This document shows, in pieces, positions 1 through 9,107 of a stretch of 62,378 nt of DNA. Position numbers and translations under genes: made by a program. The stretch comes from a virus (Duplodnaviria > Caudoviricetes), in IMG/VR virus record IMGVR_UViG_3300033148_010415, positions 1 through 62,378 of that record; one strand, given 5' to 3'. Position 1 is the first letter of the stretch, and each line of letters begins with the position of its first letter. The notes below the pieces were generated by a model. That model was not told the origin of the DNA and searched no databases. It saw only the letters and a list, made by a program, of their open reading frames with translations.

Positions 1-48
1 AGCTTTATGATCTGCTTCATTGACATTACCATTCACTCTTTCTTTCAT
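1..48 (-). CDS. 5' start of the next gene of the outer operon (MKERVNGNVNEADHKA...), running off the window; scaffold protein by position
   Basis: ATG at 48-46, open to the window edge, directly after the portal gene. Confidence 0.35.
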   Translation of the reverse strand, partial: MKERVNGNVNEADHKA

Positions 49-57
49 GGCTGTATT

Positions 58-79
58 GGGGCACAGCGCGCTGTGCCCC
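58..79. repeat. 22-bp perfect palindrome GGGGCACAGCGCGCTGTGCCCC (REP-like hairpin)
   Basis: Read directly; lies just after the portal stop codon. Confidence 0.7.
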
Positions 80-88
80 TGCGGAATG

Positions 89-2080
89 TCACACCCCCGC
101 AACCCCGGCATTCCCGGCATAATCGGGCTGAGGGGATGCAAAAGCCTTCCCTGACCTGGCCATGTACTCCAGGTGCTCCTGCACGTGCCGCTCGAGCAGC
201 AGTTCCACTTCGGGATGCCGGGCCGCGATCTGCTCCACCTCGTAGAGCTTGCGGTGGTGATTGTGGAGTCTCAGGTGCACCTCGTGGTTGTCGAAGGGAC
301 GCACGCGAACCAGCCTCCCCTCCACCATGGCCTTGTTCTCGCGCTGGGCGTTGGACTCATCCAGCCTGTCGTCGCTGTAGATGTCCTCCACGATGGTGTC
401 CTCCAGCATCTTGAGAACCTTTTTCCGCACATCAGGCTCTGAGGGCGGGCCGTAGAGCCCGAGGCGATAGCGGTCCTTGATCTCCTGGTGCCGCGTGACC
501 TTGAGTTGGGGCAGGGCGGAGCCGATGTTGACGAACACATCGTGGTTTCCCCTGAGGTCGGCTCCGATGAAGTCCCGCACGTCGGGCCGCCGCTCGTTGC
601 CCGCCACTTTGAGGGTCCGCGTCTCGGTGTAGTGCTGCTCCACGATCTCCAGCATCCGCTTTCCCACCTGGGAGAGGGCGTGGGTGATATCGGTAAAGAT
701 CGCCCCCAGGGTGGTCTCGTCCTGCTCGATGAGCTGCTCGATGGCGATCCCGGAGCGCACTCCCACCGGTGCGAAAGCCTGGGAGACCTCGTGCTGGCTC
801 CAGATGTCCATCATTGTCTCGCGGATATTTTCCAGCTCTTTCCACACGTCCGAGGGCAGCGGGTGCAACTGCATCTGGAACGGCGGCCCGCCCATCGGGT
901 TGTACTGGATAATCTCGGCGTGCTCCGAGGTGAACGCGCTCTTGCGCACCTCTGCCGTGGTGGGGATGAGGATCTTCCCCTTTTTCATGGTCTCTCTATG
1001 CTCTATGACCTGGGAGAGTATCTTGTTCCATTCTTTCTGCAGGGGAATGGCGCTCACGATGGGCGACTCCCCCCAGAACCGCCCTGGGAGGCGAATGCGG
1101 CGGATGCGCACCAGGTCGTATCGGCCGAAGGGCAGGGAGGCATTCCTTAAAAGCACGCCGTTGGCCGCGGTGATCAAACGGCCTCCGGGGTACCGGGCCG
1201 AGGGGCGCTCCCGCATTTCCTTCACCACCGCGTATTGTGCCGCGTCGTTGGTGGTTGCGCCGGAGAGCCGTTCCCGGCCCAACAGATACCCCGGGTGCCC
1301 TGTGGCGGGGCCTGGTGTAACGTCCTCTGCGCCGACCTTTTCTCCGGCTGCGGGATAATCCGTGCGGATATCTTCCAGCGTGCGCACCCTGGCATTGATT
1401 ATCCAGGGCTGCCCCTCCAGATCAACACAACGGGCACTGGCAGGAAAAACCTCGAAGGGGCTCAGCACCTGGCAGTTCACCTCTCCCAGGTTGAATTCGT
1501 CCACCGTCGGCAGTCCCGTCTCATCCAATATCGGACTCTCCACCAATTCCTCACCCGTCCGGTTCCCCTGCTCGTCCAATACCGGGATACTCACCGTTTC
1601 CATCCGGGGTTTCCGGATGCGCTCCCCGGCGCGGGGGTCCCACCCCACCTGGAAGAAAACCGTGCCCACCCCTGCCAGCCACTCCCGGGCCTCCAGGTAT
1701 TTGCGTCCCATGTCCAGGGACCTCCACAGGTACTGGAGCACCATCTCAGCCACACGGGCCGCCGAGACATCCTCGTCGTCGTTGGTGTTCTGCACCACGT
1801 TGAAAATAGGGTCGTTGCGGCCCAGTCTGGCCACCTCGCGGTTCCAGTACGGCAGGATAATGTTGCTCACATGGCGAACCCGGTGGGGCACCGGCCGCAG
1901 CTCCTCCAGCCGCTGGGTGGCCCGGTTCCAGAATGCGTAGTGATGCCCCTCCAGAAAGGCCAGGTTCAGATGCCACTGCTGTTCATAGGGAAGCCGCTCT
2001 TGCCTGGCCCGGTGGAATCTCTCCTCCACCAGTGCCACCAGCTCTTTTTCCGTGGGTGTGCCTTCTTTGCTTTTCATCAT
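89..2080 (-). CDS. Portal protein (P22/podovirus-like) of the outer phage-like element
   Basis: 663 aa; P22-type portal features (N..DDEDVSAARVAE..L.Y, GRFWGES, SGIAIEQL.EQD); downstream of terL. Confidence 0.85.
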   Translation of the reverse strand: MMKSKEGTPTEKELVALVEERFHRARQERLPYEQQWHLNLAFLEGHHYAFWNRATQRLEELRPVPHRVRHVSNIILPYWNREVARLGRNDPIFNVVQNTNDDEDVSAARVAEMVLQYLWRSLDMGRKYLEAREWLAGVGTVFFQVGWDPRAGERIRKPRMETVSIPVLDEQGNRTGEELVESPILDETGLPTVDEFNLGEVNCQVLSPFEVFPASARCVDLEGQPWIINARVRTLEDIRTDYPAAGEKVGAEDVTPGPATGHPGYLLGRERLSGATTNDAAQYAVVKEMRERPSARYPGGRLITAANGVLLRNASLPFGRYDLVRIRRIRLPGRFWGESPIVSAIPLQKEWNKILSQVIEHRETMKKGKILIPTTAEVRKSAFTSEHAEIIQYNPMGGPPFQMQLHPLPSDVWKELENIRETMMDIWSQHEVSQAFAPVGVRSGIAIEQLIEQDETTLGAIFTDITHALSQVGKRMLEIVEQHYTETRTLKVAGNERRPDVRDFIGADLRGNHDVFVNIGSALPQLKVTRHQEIKDRYRLGLYGPPSEPDVRKKVLKMLEDTIVEDIYSDDRLDESNAQRENKAMVEGRLVRVRPFDNHEVHLRLHNHHRKLYEVEQIAARHPEVELLLERHVQEHLEYMARSGKAFASPQPDYAGNAGVAGV

Positions 2081-2163
2081 TTTAATTTCTCTTTTTTACG
2101 CGGCACGGTCATCATGCCCATGATGGCCATGCCAGGGTTTCAGATCACAGCTTAATACTACTT

Positions 2164-2442
2164 TTACTCGGCCGGGATATGTTGCACCGTTCCGGCTATG
2201 CCGTCATCTTCCAGGGGGTCATACTCCTCCTCTACCGCAGCCTCGGGCGTCTGCTGACCCGGCGTTGACAGGCAGAAACGGGTATAATCCACCGCCATGA
2301 TGCGATCCAGCAGCCGGGCGCGTTCCCGGGCCCATCCCCTGCGCTCCCCGGCGGCTCGCTCCCGCTCGCGGACCAGAAGGCCCAGAAGACACAGCCCGAT
2401 AACAGACAATGAGCCAATCGCCACAATCATAGCTTCCTGCAT
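2164..2442 (-). CDS. Small membrane-anchored protein of the outer packaging operon
   Basis: 92 aa with N-terminal hydrophobic helix; start overlaps the terL stop. Confidence 0.7.
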   Translation of the reverse strand: MQEAMIVAIGSLSVIGLCLLGLLVRERERAAGERRGWARERARLLDRIMAVDYTRFCLSTPGQQTPEAAVEEEYDPLEDDGIAGTVQHIPAE

Positions 2443-2875
2443 TAGATAATCCCTCCCATATGATCATCCATCACCCCGACTTTCTGAGCGGCAAGCTCAT
2501 CGGGGTGCCCTCGAGCTTTTTGCTGCAGAGTAAGATATTCGGGTTTTTCCTTTTCCAGGGGGCCGGGTCGGCTAGCCAAAAAATACCGAAGGGCATCCAG
2601 CGCGTGGTCGTCCACGCCCAGAGGCTCCTCCGGCTGGTTCCTGGCCCCCATCTCCGCGCTCTGGAGTTGCCTCCACCGATACCGGGGAAACTCTCGGATA
2701 AGGTTCTCGCATGAGCCGAAAACGAAAAGCCTCGGAGATCCCTTCTCCCCCGTCAGGGGATGAATGCGCTCCGGGTCCACCCGCAGGTATTCACCCACAC
2801 GGTTGATTCCAGCCCTGAGTCCGTTGGCGGCGGGCACGGTATCGATCCCGTGATCCAGGTACTCGGCCACCACAG
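2442..2875 (-). pseudogene. terL: 3' fragment of the interrupted terminase large subunit (C-terminal nuclease part) of the outer element
   Basis: AEYLDHGIDTVPAANGLRAGINRV...CENLIREFPRYRW...DDHALDALRY; joins in frame to the 60847-61816 fragment through the att core. Confidence 0.9.
2867..2875 (+). repeat. Left att core CCACCACAG
   Basis: Identical to 60847-60855; similarity extends as CCACCACAGnnnTGTAyCC. Confidence 0.88.
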
Positions 2876-2948
2876 CAATGTACCCCTTTTCCAGGAGGTT
2901 CAAAGAAATTACAAAACATCGATGTTTACATGATTCTCGAAAAACGTC

Positions 2949-3020
2949 GGGGTAAAATCCGGAGTAAATTATTACGATTTTGCAGCGTTTTGAAAATGTT
3001 TTTACCCCGGATTTTACCCC
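2949..3020. promoter_or_regulatory. Putative integrase arm-type sites (two pairs of TTTAC[C/T]CC, 12-bp spacing, inverted to each other)
   Basis: GGGGTAAA 2949, GGAGTAAA 2961, TTTACCCC 3001 and 3013; same motif pair at 60765 and 60777. Confidence 0.7.
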
Positions 3021-3034
3021 AAAGGTGATTGCGA

Positions 3035-3253
3035 ATGAGGCCACGATATAACTCCGAAAAGATGATTAAAGAGCAGGGAGGAATTATCAAGCAGACAAGC
3101 ACATCCCAGCCAAACAGATGTGGAATTTGCGGTGGACCCATTCTGACGGCATCCATCTGGACGGCAGAAAGGGGGTATGTGCATATAAACGAAAAGGATT
3201 GCCTGAAACAGAAGTACAAGGTTTTGGATGAAGACGACGGGTATTGCGATTGA
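3035..3253 (+). CDS. Small hypothetical protein with CxxC motif
   Basis: CGICGG...H...C; SD-like AAGGTG upstream. Confidence 0.55.
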   Translation: MRPRYNSEKMIKEQGGIIKQTSTSQPNRCGICGGPILTASIWTAERGYVHINEKDCLKQKYKVLDEDDGYCD

Positions 3254-3265
3254 GCCGCCGCGTGC

Positions 3266-3574
3266 TTGAAATCCATAGGAGGTATGCGAGCCATTGATGG
3301 TGTGAAACCCAAAAATATGGTGCGAGCCACTGCGATTTTGAAATCCAGAAGCGATGCGACCAATATGGAAAAACCCAAAAAACCACGAAAATCAGGACCC
3401 CATCAGCTAGATAGTAGAAAAGCTCTTTTCCGCCGAACGGAGAAGACAAAACGAAGGTGCTTGAAATGCAACCGGATATTTCTGTCCGAAGGAAAGCATA
3501 ACCGGTTGTGCATTAGGTGTATCGATTGGAATCGGCATGTAATTACAGGGGAAGAATATGGAGGGTTGATCTAA
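3266..3574 (+). CDS. Zinc-finger protein (possible late regulator); start uncertain
   Basis: RRCLKCNRIFLSEGKHNRLCIRC two-CxxC motif. Confidence 0.6.
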   Translation: MKSIGGMRAIDGVKPKNMVRATAILKSRSDATNMEKPKKPRKSGPHQLDSRKALFRRTEKTKRRCLKCNRIFLSEGKHNRLCIRCIDWNRHVITGEEYGGLI

Positions 3575-3580
3575 AAAAAA

Positions 3581-3615
3581 GGGGGGGAAGGGGGACTATA
3601 GGGGGATAGGGGGGG
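3581..3615 (+). other. G-quadruplex-capable tract G7-AA-G5-ACTATA-G5-ATA-G7
   Basis: Four G-runs of at least 5 with short loops, intergenic, followed by an AT-rich stretch. Confidence 0.55.
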
Positions 3616-3712
3616 AATATAATAATAAGAGTATATATATAAGTAATTTATAAGTAAGGGAAAAACCGGAACCAGGTAATTTCTAACTCATTGAATTTAT
3701 AGGAGGTATTGG

Positions 3713-4480
3713 TTGTTACACAAATTTAAAAGAGATTCAAGATATAGCAGAAACGGTAAGGGAGTCCGGATGGCATACGATAGAATCGCTTCGTCATACG
3801 ATCTCCATTATCGAGACAATTTCTCAGTTGCAGAAAACGCTGTTATCAAACAATATCTTGCCAGAAAGGGTTTTACCAATGGTAGGGTCCTGGATTTGGG
3901 ATGTGGAACCGGCCTGTTGATAACAATGTTCAATATCCCTCCGACCTATTACGCCGGCCTGGATGTTTCAGAAGGGATGTTGACCGTGGCTCGGAGGAAG
4001 TTTCCGAATCATCACTTCGTGCAGGCGAGTATGGATAACATCCCTTTTGGAGATGCGGAATTCGACCGGGTGATATGTCTGTTCGGCGGTATAAGCTATG
4101 TGAAATCGCATCATCTCAGCGCTACGATCCGTGAGATATTTCGAGTCCTGCGTGCCGGCGGAAGGCTGTTTATCATGGCGTATGGGAAAGCTCATTACTG
4201 CAAAAAAGAAGATTATATTTTACATGATCAGAAAATAGAGAGGCATCTTTTCACGAACAGAGAATTATTTGACCTGGTTTTTCCTTTATTCCCAGTATCA
4301 AAGGTCATTGGGATGAATTCAGCGGTTGAGTTATATCGTCGGGCTTCTCTATCAATTAAATCCTTAATGTTTCTTATGCAAGCCGAGATTGATACTGTGG
4401 GCCATGAGATACCGGATTTTTGCCAATATCAAATAGCGATAGGAGAAAAGATAATTGGGGAAACGAGTTTTAAACATTAA
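3713..4480 (+). CDS. Class I SAM-dependent methyltransferase (alternative start 3770)
   Basis: VLDLGCGTG, GLDVSEGML, RVLRAGG motifs. Confidence 0.85.
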   Translation: MLHKFKRDSRYSRNGKGVRMAYDRIASSYDLHYRDNFSVAENAVIKQYLARKGFTNGRVLDLGCGTGLLITMFNIPPTYYAGLDVSEGMLTVARRKFPNHHFVQASMDNIPFGDAEFDRVICLFGGISYVKSHHLSATIREIFRVLRAGGRLFIMAYGKAHYCKKEDYILHDQKIERHLFTNRELFDLVFPLFPVSKVIGMNSAVELYRRASLSIKSLMFLMQAEIDTVGHEIPDFCQYQIAIGEKIIGETSFKH

Positions 4481-5603
4481 CGTATTTGATGCTGCAATAG
4501 ACAGGTTGATCAGGTTATATCGAGACGGCCATAGGGTCGTTGTTTCTTTTTCCGCAGGTAAAGACTCCGGAATATGCTTGGAGCTTGCCATTATAGCAGC
4601 CAGTGTAATGGAAAAGCTTCCAGTGGATGTAGTCATGCGGGATGAGGAGATCATGTATCCAGGAACATTCGAGTATGCTGAAAGAATGGCGAAACGCCCG
4701 GAAGTGAAATTTCACTGGATGATAGCCAATCAACCTGTAGTTAATTGTTTTAACCGTAAACAACCGTACTTTTGGGTGTTTGATCCTCTCCTAAAACCGG
4801 AGCAATGGGTCCGTCAGCCGCCGGATTTCGCAGTCCATATCGAAGAGAAATGTATTGAGGGAATGATTACAAAAGAGCGGTTTCCCCCCGATCCTGGAAA
4901 AGAGCTTATAACTATTATCGGACTTCGGACTCAGGAAAGTATGCTGAGAAGATTAGGGGTTTTCTCTTCTCAGGGATACATTACAAAATCTAACCGATAC
5001 GGCTGCCGATATGCCCGGCCTATCTATGACTGGTCTGATGGAGATGTATGGAAAGCGGTTTGGGATAACAAATGGGACTACAATGAGGCTTACGATGTTA
5101 TGCACCGCCTAGGGGTTCATAGAAACAGGCTCAGGATCGCTCCCCCGACCCTGACAGCTGCAGGAATCGATGAGTTGAAAATAGCCTCCCAGGCATGGCC
5201 GAAGTGGTTCGACAAGGTTTGCGAACGGCTCCCTGGAGTGAGAACGGCAGCCATGTTCGGACGGCGGGCCGTAGAACCGAATCGAAGGCTCGGGGAGACC
5301 TGGGAGCAAGTCTTTAAGCGCGAATGCTTGGAAGAAGCACCGGATTGGATCAGGGAGAGGGCTCAAAGAGTTATGGGAAGAGCATTGCAGGAGCATAATC
5401 GGCATTCTACCCATCCCTTTCCGCAAAGCGATAAATGTAATAGATGCCAAATGATTGGTTCCTGGAAGCATCTGGCAAAGATCATGTATATGGGAGATCC
5501 TTTCGCGATGAAAACGAGCGGGGGTTCTGGAAGGCTAACAGCTATTGAACCCGAATTTTTCAGACCAGGAGCAGGAACATGGGGAGGGAAACCAACATGG
5601 TGA
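4455..5603 (+). CDS. PAPS-reductase-fold PP-loop protein (IbrA/YbdN-like)
   Basis: SFSAGKDS PP-loop, IGLRTQES..R, PIYDWSDGDVW; next to a ParB-N gene. Confidence 0.85.
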   Translation: MGKRVLNINVFDAAIDRLIRLYRDGHRVVVSFSAGKDSGICLELAIIAASVMEKLPVDVVMRDEEIMYPGTFEYAERMAKRPEVKFHWMIANQPVVNCFNRKQPYFWVFDPLLKPEQWVRQPPDFAVHIEEKCIEGMITKERFPPDPGKELITIIGLRTQESMLRRLGVFSSQGYITKSNRYGCRYARPIYDWSDGDVWKAVWDNKWDYNEAYDVMHRLGVHRNRLRIAPPTLTAAGIDELKIASQAWPKWFDKVCERLPGVRTAAMFGRRAVEPNRRLGETWEQVFKRECLEEAPDWIRERAQRVMGRALQEHNRHSTHPFPQSDKCNRCQMIGSWKHLAKIMYMGDPFAMKTSGGSGRLTAIEPEFFRPGAGTWGGKPTW

Positions 5604-5902
5604 AACCGAAAAAAAGAGAAATACAAAGAGTTAGAAATTATATCGCATCCGTACATTGGAAATTCGCCAAGACTTACGCAAAAACATGGCCTCACGAATA
5701 TACGGTAAAGGACTGGAACCCTGATAAAAAAAAAGAATTTGAATTTTTTGTCATGTTTATTCGAGAGTATGGTTATCCTGAGATGTTTTTCAGAAAACAC
5801 CATATTTACTATAACTTAGATGGATATAAATACTGGACAATGGGAGCACCGTTGGAGCAAACCATCATCATAAACAGGGTAGTATTAGAGGAGGTAAGAT
5901 GA
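5597..5902 (+). CDS. Hypothetical protein (WKFAKT..PHEY motif)
   Basis: ORF overlapping both neighbours, SD present. Confidence 0.7.
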   Translation: MVKPKKREIQRVRNYIASVHWKFAKTYAKTWPHEYTVKDWNPDKKKEFEFFVMFIREYGYPEMFFRKHHIYYNLDGYKYWTMGAPLEQTIIINRVVLEEVR

Positions 5903-6714
5903 AAGATAAAGGCCGTAAAGCAATTGAGAAAAAGAACCAGGTACTGGAGAAATTGAGTATTGAGTATGTCCCTGTAAATTCCATTCAACCGAACAAGTAC
6001 AATCCTAATCGCCAGAGTGAACATGATTTTGAGCTTCTCTTAAGGTCCATGCGCGAAGATGGATTTACTCAGCCTATTGTCTGTCAAAAAAAGACGAGAG
6101 AGATCGTAGATGGGGAGCATCGATGGCGCGCAGCGATGGAATTAGGATTCAAAGAAATCCCGGTGGTTTTTGTGGATATGACGCCGGAGCAAATGAGGAT
6201 TTCCACACTCCGGCATAACCGGGCCAGAGGTTCGGAGGATATTGAACTATCGGCACAGGTCTTAAGAGACCTTCAGCAGTTAGGAGCACTTGACTGGGCT
6301 CAGGATTCGCTGATGATAACGGATACGGAACTGAACCGTCTCCTGGAAGATATTTCAGCACCTGAAGCCCTTGCTGGAGAGGAATTCTCGCAAGCCTGGC
6401 TACCGGATAACGTAAATCAAGAGGATATAGAGGGGATCGAATCAAGAACGGTATCCGATGTATCCAGCGAATCGACAGTTGAAACTTTCATGTCTAAAGA
6501 TGCAATCATGAAAGCCAGGGAGCGGGAAAAGCAAATCAAAGAAGCCAAAACCCTGGAAGAACGTGAGATGGCTCAAAAAGATCGATCCCTTTACCGGATT
6601 TCACTTATTTTTTCAGGGGACGAGGCGGATATGGTTAAATCCGTATTAGGAAAGGCTCCTGCGGATAAAATCCTAACGTGGTGCAAACAAGAATATAAGG
6701 CGAAGAATAATTAA
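5899..6714 (+). CDS. ParB/Srx N-terminal domain protein (IbrB/YbdM-like)
   Basis: PNKYNPN, GFTQPIV, IVDGEHRW, TLRHNRARG. Confidence 0.85.
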   Translation: MKDKGRKAIEKKNQVLEKLSIEYVPVNSIQPNKYNPNRQSEHDFELLLRSMREDGFTQPIVCQKKTREIVDGEHRWRAAMELGFKEIPVVFVDMTPEQMRISTLRHNRARGSEDIELSAQVLRDLQQLGALDWAQDSLMITDTELNRLLEDISAPEALAGEEFSQAWLPDNVNQEDIEGIESRTVSDVSSESTVETFMSKDAIMKAREREKQIKEAKTLEEREMAQKDRSLYRISLIFSGDEADMVKSVLGKAPADKILTWCKQEYKAKNN

Positions 6715-7388
6715 TGGAACCCTGGGAACGACAAAAGGGAGAGCGGTCAAGAGCTTATAGCGCATTCGTATATTACCGCGATATGGGCCCCAAACGAAGC
6801 CTTAAAAAAATGGCTACTGAAACAGGTCGGTCTCTTTTCCCTTTACAGCGATTTTCAAAAAAATACAACTGGGTAGCCCGTGCAACCGCCTGGGATGAAG
6901 AAGTAGATCGTCGCCGGCGGGAAGCGCAGATAAAAGAAATTGAAGAAATGAGCAAACGCCAAGCCCAGCAGGCTCAAGCGATAAACCAAGCTATCATGAT
7001 TCCGGTGATGGCCTTCTTGGAACGCTTGAAAAAGTCTCAGAGGGAAAAAGGCGCTGAAGCAATAGACAGCTTGATGAATATGCTGGGAACATCTGATTTG
7101 CTCGATCTGGTTATTAAGATAGGTCATGTCTGGCCTCATATAATGAGGGCCGAACGGCTTGCACGAGGAGAATCCACGGAAGCCGTCGAACAAAAAGTAT
7201 CTGCAAAAATACGGGTAGTGGAGGAAGAGATTGCCTTTCAACGTCTTATCAGAGACGAGGATAGCAGGCAGTTGCTATGCGAAGTTTACAGACGAATTGT
7301 TGAGTGCGAGGATGATGCCCGCAGGACTGGCTCGTTTAGCCAGTCGGAAAACATGGCAACTTCCGAGGCATCTATCAGCACTGAATAA
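6714..7388 (+). CDS. terS: Terminase small subunit
   Basis: WERQKGERSRAYSAFVYYRDMG.KRSL...WVARATAWD; immediately upstream of terL. Confidence 0.75.
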   Translation: MEPWERQKGERSRAYSAFVYYRDMGPKRSLKKMATETGRSLFPLQRFSKKYNWVARATAWDEEVDRRRREAQIKEIEEMSKRQAQQAQAINQAIMIPVMAFLERLKKSQREKGAEAIDSLMNMLGTSDLLDLVIKIGHVWPHIMRAERLARGESTEAVEQKVSAKIRVVEEEIAFQRLIRDEDSRQLLCEVYRRIVECEDDARRTGSFSQSENMATSEASISTE

Positions 7389-8661
7389 CTTTTTACTGGC
7401 AGCATCTGAAGGGATAATCAAGAGGTTAATGATCTTTATACCTCCAAGGCACGGGAAATCGGAGTTCATATCCAAATACTTCCCGGCCTGGTATATCGGT
7501 AAATATCCTGATCGCAGGATTATCCTTACAAGTTATGAAGCGGCTATTGCATCATCCTGGGGCCGGAAGGCCAGGGATATTCTTTTAGAGTATGGAGAGC
7601 AAGTATTCGACATGAAGGTTACCCAGGATGTAAAAGCCTCGAACTGGTGGGAAACTCGAAACGGCGGCGGTATGATGACAGCGGGTTCTTTAGGGCCTAT
7701 TACCGGTAAGGGAGCCAATTTATTCATTATTGATGACCCCATCAAGAATTTCCAGGAAGCATTAAGTTCCACGCATCGGGAAAACCTTTGGGAATGGTAT
7801 AGATCAACAGCGTATACGCGGCTGGAACCTGGTGCTTCCCTGATAATTGCGATGGCAAGGTGGGATCGTGATGATATCGCAGGAAGGATTTTAAAAGAAA
7901 TCGGTGATAATTGGGTGATATTGAAGTTACCGGCTATCGCTACAAGGCATGAAAAAGAGACCGGACGTAAACCCGGAGATCCGCTTTGGCCCGAAAGGTT
8001 CCCACTTCAAACTCTTAACGAAATTAAAAATCAGGTGCAAACGTATTGGTGGGAAGCATTATATCAACAAAGCCCGCTTGAGCGAAGGGGAACAGGGATT
8101 TTTCAGCCCCAATGGTTTGAAATCATTGACCCTGGCAATGTATCAACCAGCTTGACCAAGGTCCGTTATTGGGATTTAGCAGCGACACCGGCAAGCGATG
8201 GGGAGGACCCTGATTGGACCGTAGGGGTACTAATGGGTATCAGGAATAATATCTATTATGTACTGGATATTCGGAGAGACAGAAATACTCCGGCACGGAT
8301 AGAAGCTTTAGTAAGAAAAACAGCGGAAATAGACGGTACATCTGTACGTATTTTTATGGAGCAGGAACCCGGAGCAAGCGGTGTCAATACTATCGATCAT
8401 TACAGACGTAATATTCTGCAAGGATTCAGTTTCCGGGGAGATAAAGTATCAGGCTCGAAAATATTAAGAGCTATGCCGTTCAGCGCAGCAGCCGAAGCTG
8501 GACGGATTAAATTAGTCAAAGCTTCTTGGAATAAAGATTTTCTTGAGGAATTAACCAATTTCTCAGGAAACGAGACTGAACATGATGATCAGGTTGATGC
8601 TGCTTGCGGTGCTTTTGAAAAACTATCAACTCCGAAAAATCTATTTGTATGGGGGAGATAA
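7312..8661 (+). CDS. terL: Terminase large subunit of the inner prophage
   Basis: PPRHGKS Walker A, IIDDP Walker B, YWDLA and HDDQVDA nuclease motifs. Confidence 0.93.
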   Translation: MMPAGLARLASRKTWQLPRHLSALNNFLLAASEGIIKRLMIFIPPRHGKSEFISKYFPAWYIGKYPDRRIILTSYEAAIASSWGRKARDILLEYGEQVFDMKVTQDVKASNWWETRNGGGMMTAGSLGPITGKGANLFIIDDPIKNFQEALSSTHRENLWEWYRSTAYTRLEPGASLIIAMARWDRDDIAGRILKEIGDNWVILKLPAIATRHEKETGRKPGDPLWPERFPLQTLNEIKNQVQTYWWEALYQQSPLERRGTGIFQPQWFEIIDPGNVSTSLTKVRYWDLAATPASDGEDPDWTVGVLMGIRNNIYYVLDIRRDRNTPARIEALVRKTAEIDGTSVRIFMEQEPGASGVNTIDHYRRNILQGFSFRGDKVSGSKILRAMPFSAAAEAGRIKLVKASWNKDFLEELTNFSGNETEHDDQVDAACGAFEKLSTPKNLFVWGR

Positions 8662-8864
8662 TTTTGACTGAAGAACTACTCAGGGGATGGAAAAAAATAG
8701 CACGATACATGGGTGTATCAGAATCCAAAGCAAGACGATGGCGGCGGGAAATGATTAACGATCGAGTAATACGTTGCATGCTCGAAGGACGGCCTCCGCG
8801 GAGAATATATCATGCGTTTGGCTCCGATTTGAAAGAATTTATTAAGAAAAAATGTATTTTATGA
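8649..8864 (+). CDS. Small helix-turn-helix DNA-binding protein
   Basis: LRGWKKIARYMGVSESKARRW. Confidence 0.7.
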   Translation: MGEIILTEELLRGWKKIARYMGVSESKARRWRREMINDRVIRCMLEGRPPRRIYHAFGSDLKEFIKKKCIL

Positions 8865-9007
8865 AAAAAATAGCAGGGTTATAACTGCACATATAATCAT
8901 CATATATGATTTCCTTCCTATAACTATCTTAAAACCATCCTTATGACCACTCTAATTATCGTTTTATAAAATCCAGTTAAGCCATATATAATTAGAATAA
9001 AAGGGTT

Positions 9008-9088
9008 CTGCCTGATGTACTGATCAGCATCACGCAGCTAAGAAACAAGGGCGGCTGGTGGGAGCCCACCCTCCATCAGTCGCTTTTT
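9008..9088 (+). promoter_or_regulatory. Two-hairpin leader ending in a terminator-like stem upstream of portal (element A)
   Basis: CTGCCTGATG..CATCACGCAG hairpin, A-rich linker, GCGGCTGGTGG..CCATCAGTCGC-TTTTT. Confidence 0.55.
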
Positions 9089-9107
9089 GTTTGCCCTGGA
9101 GTCGATT

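Noticed and set aside
7-2155. Long plus-strand ORFs (7-414, 488-1150, 684-1358, 1235-2155, 1362-1940)
   Set aside because: Antisense shadows of the GC-rich portal gene with no recognisable motifs.
2876-3044. N-terminal 59 codons of ORF 2442-3044 as a real protein start
   Set aside because: They lie in the prophage att arm and overlap the arm-site repeats; TerL similarity begins at the core.
4455-5603. cysH sulfate-assimilation auxiliary metabolic gene
   Set aside because: Lacks the C-terminal ECGLH motif of true PAPS/APS reductases and is paired with ParB-N as in IbrAB.
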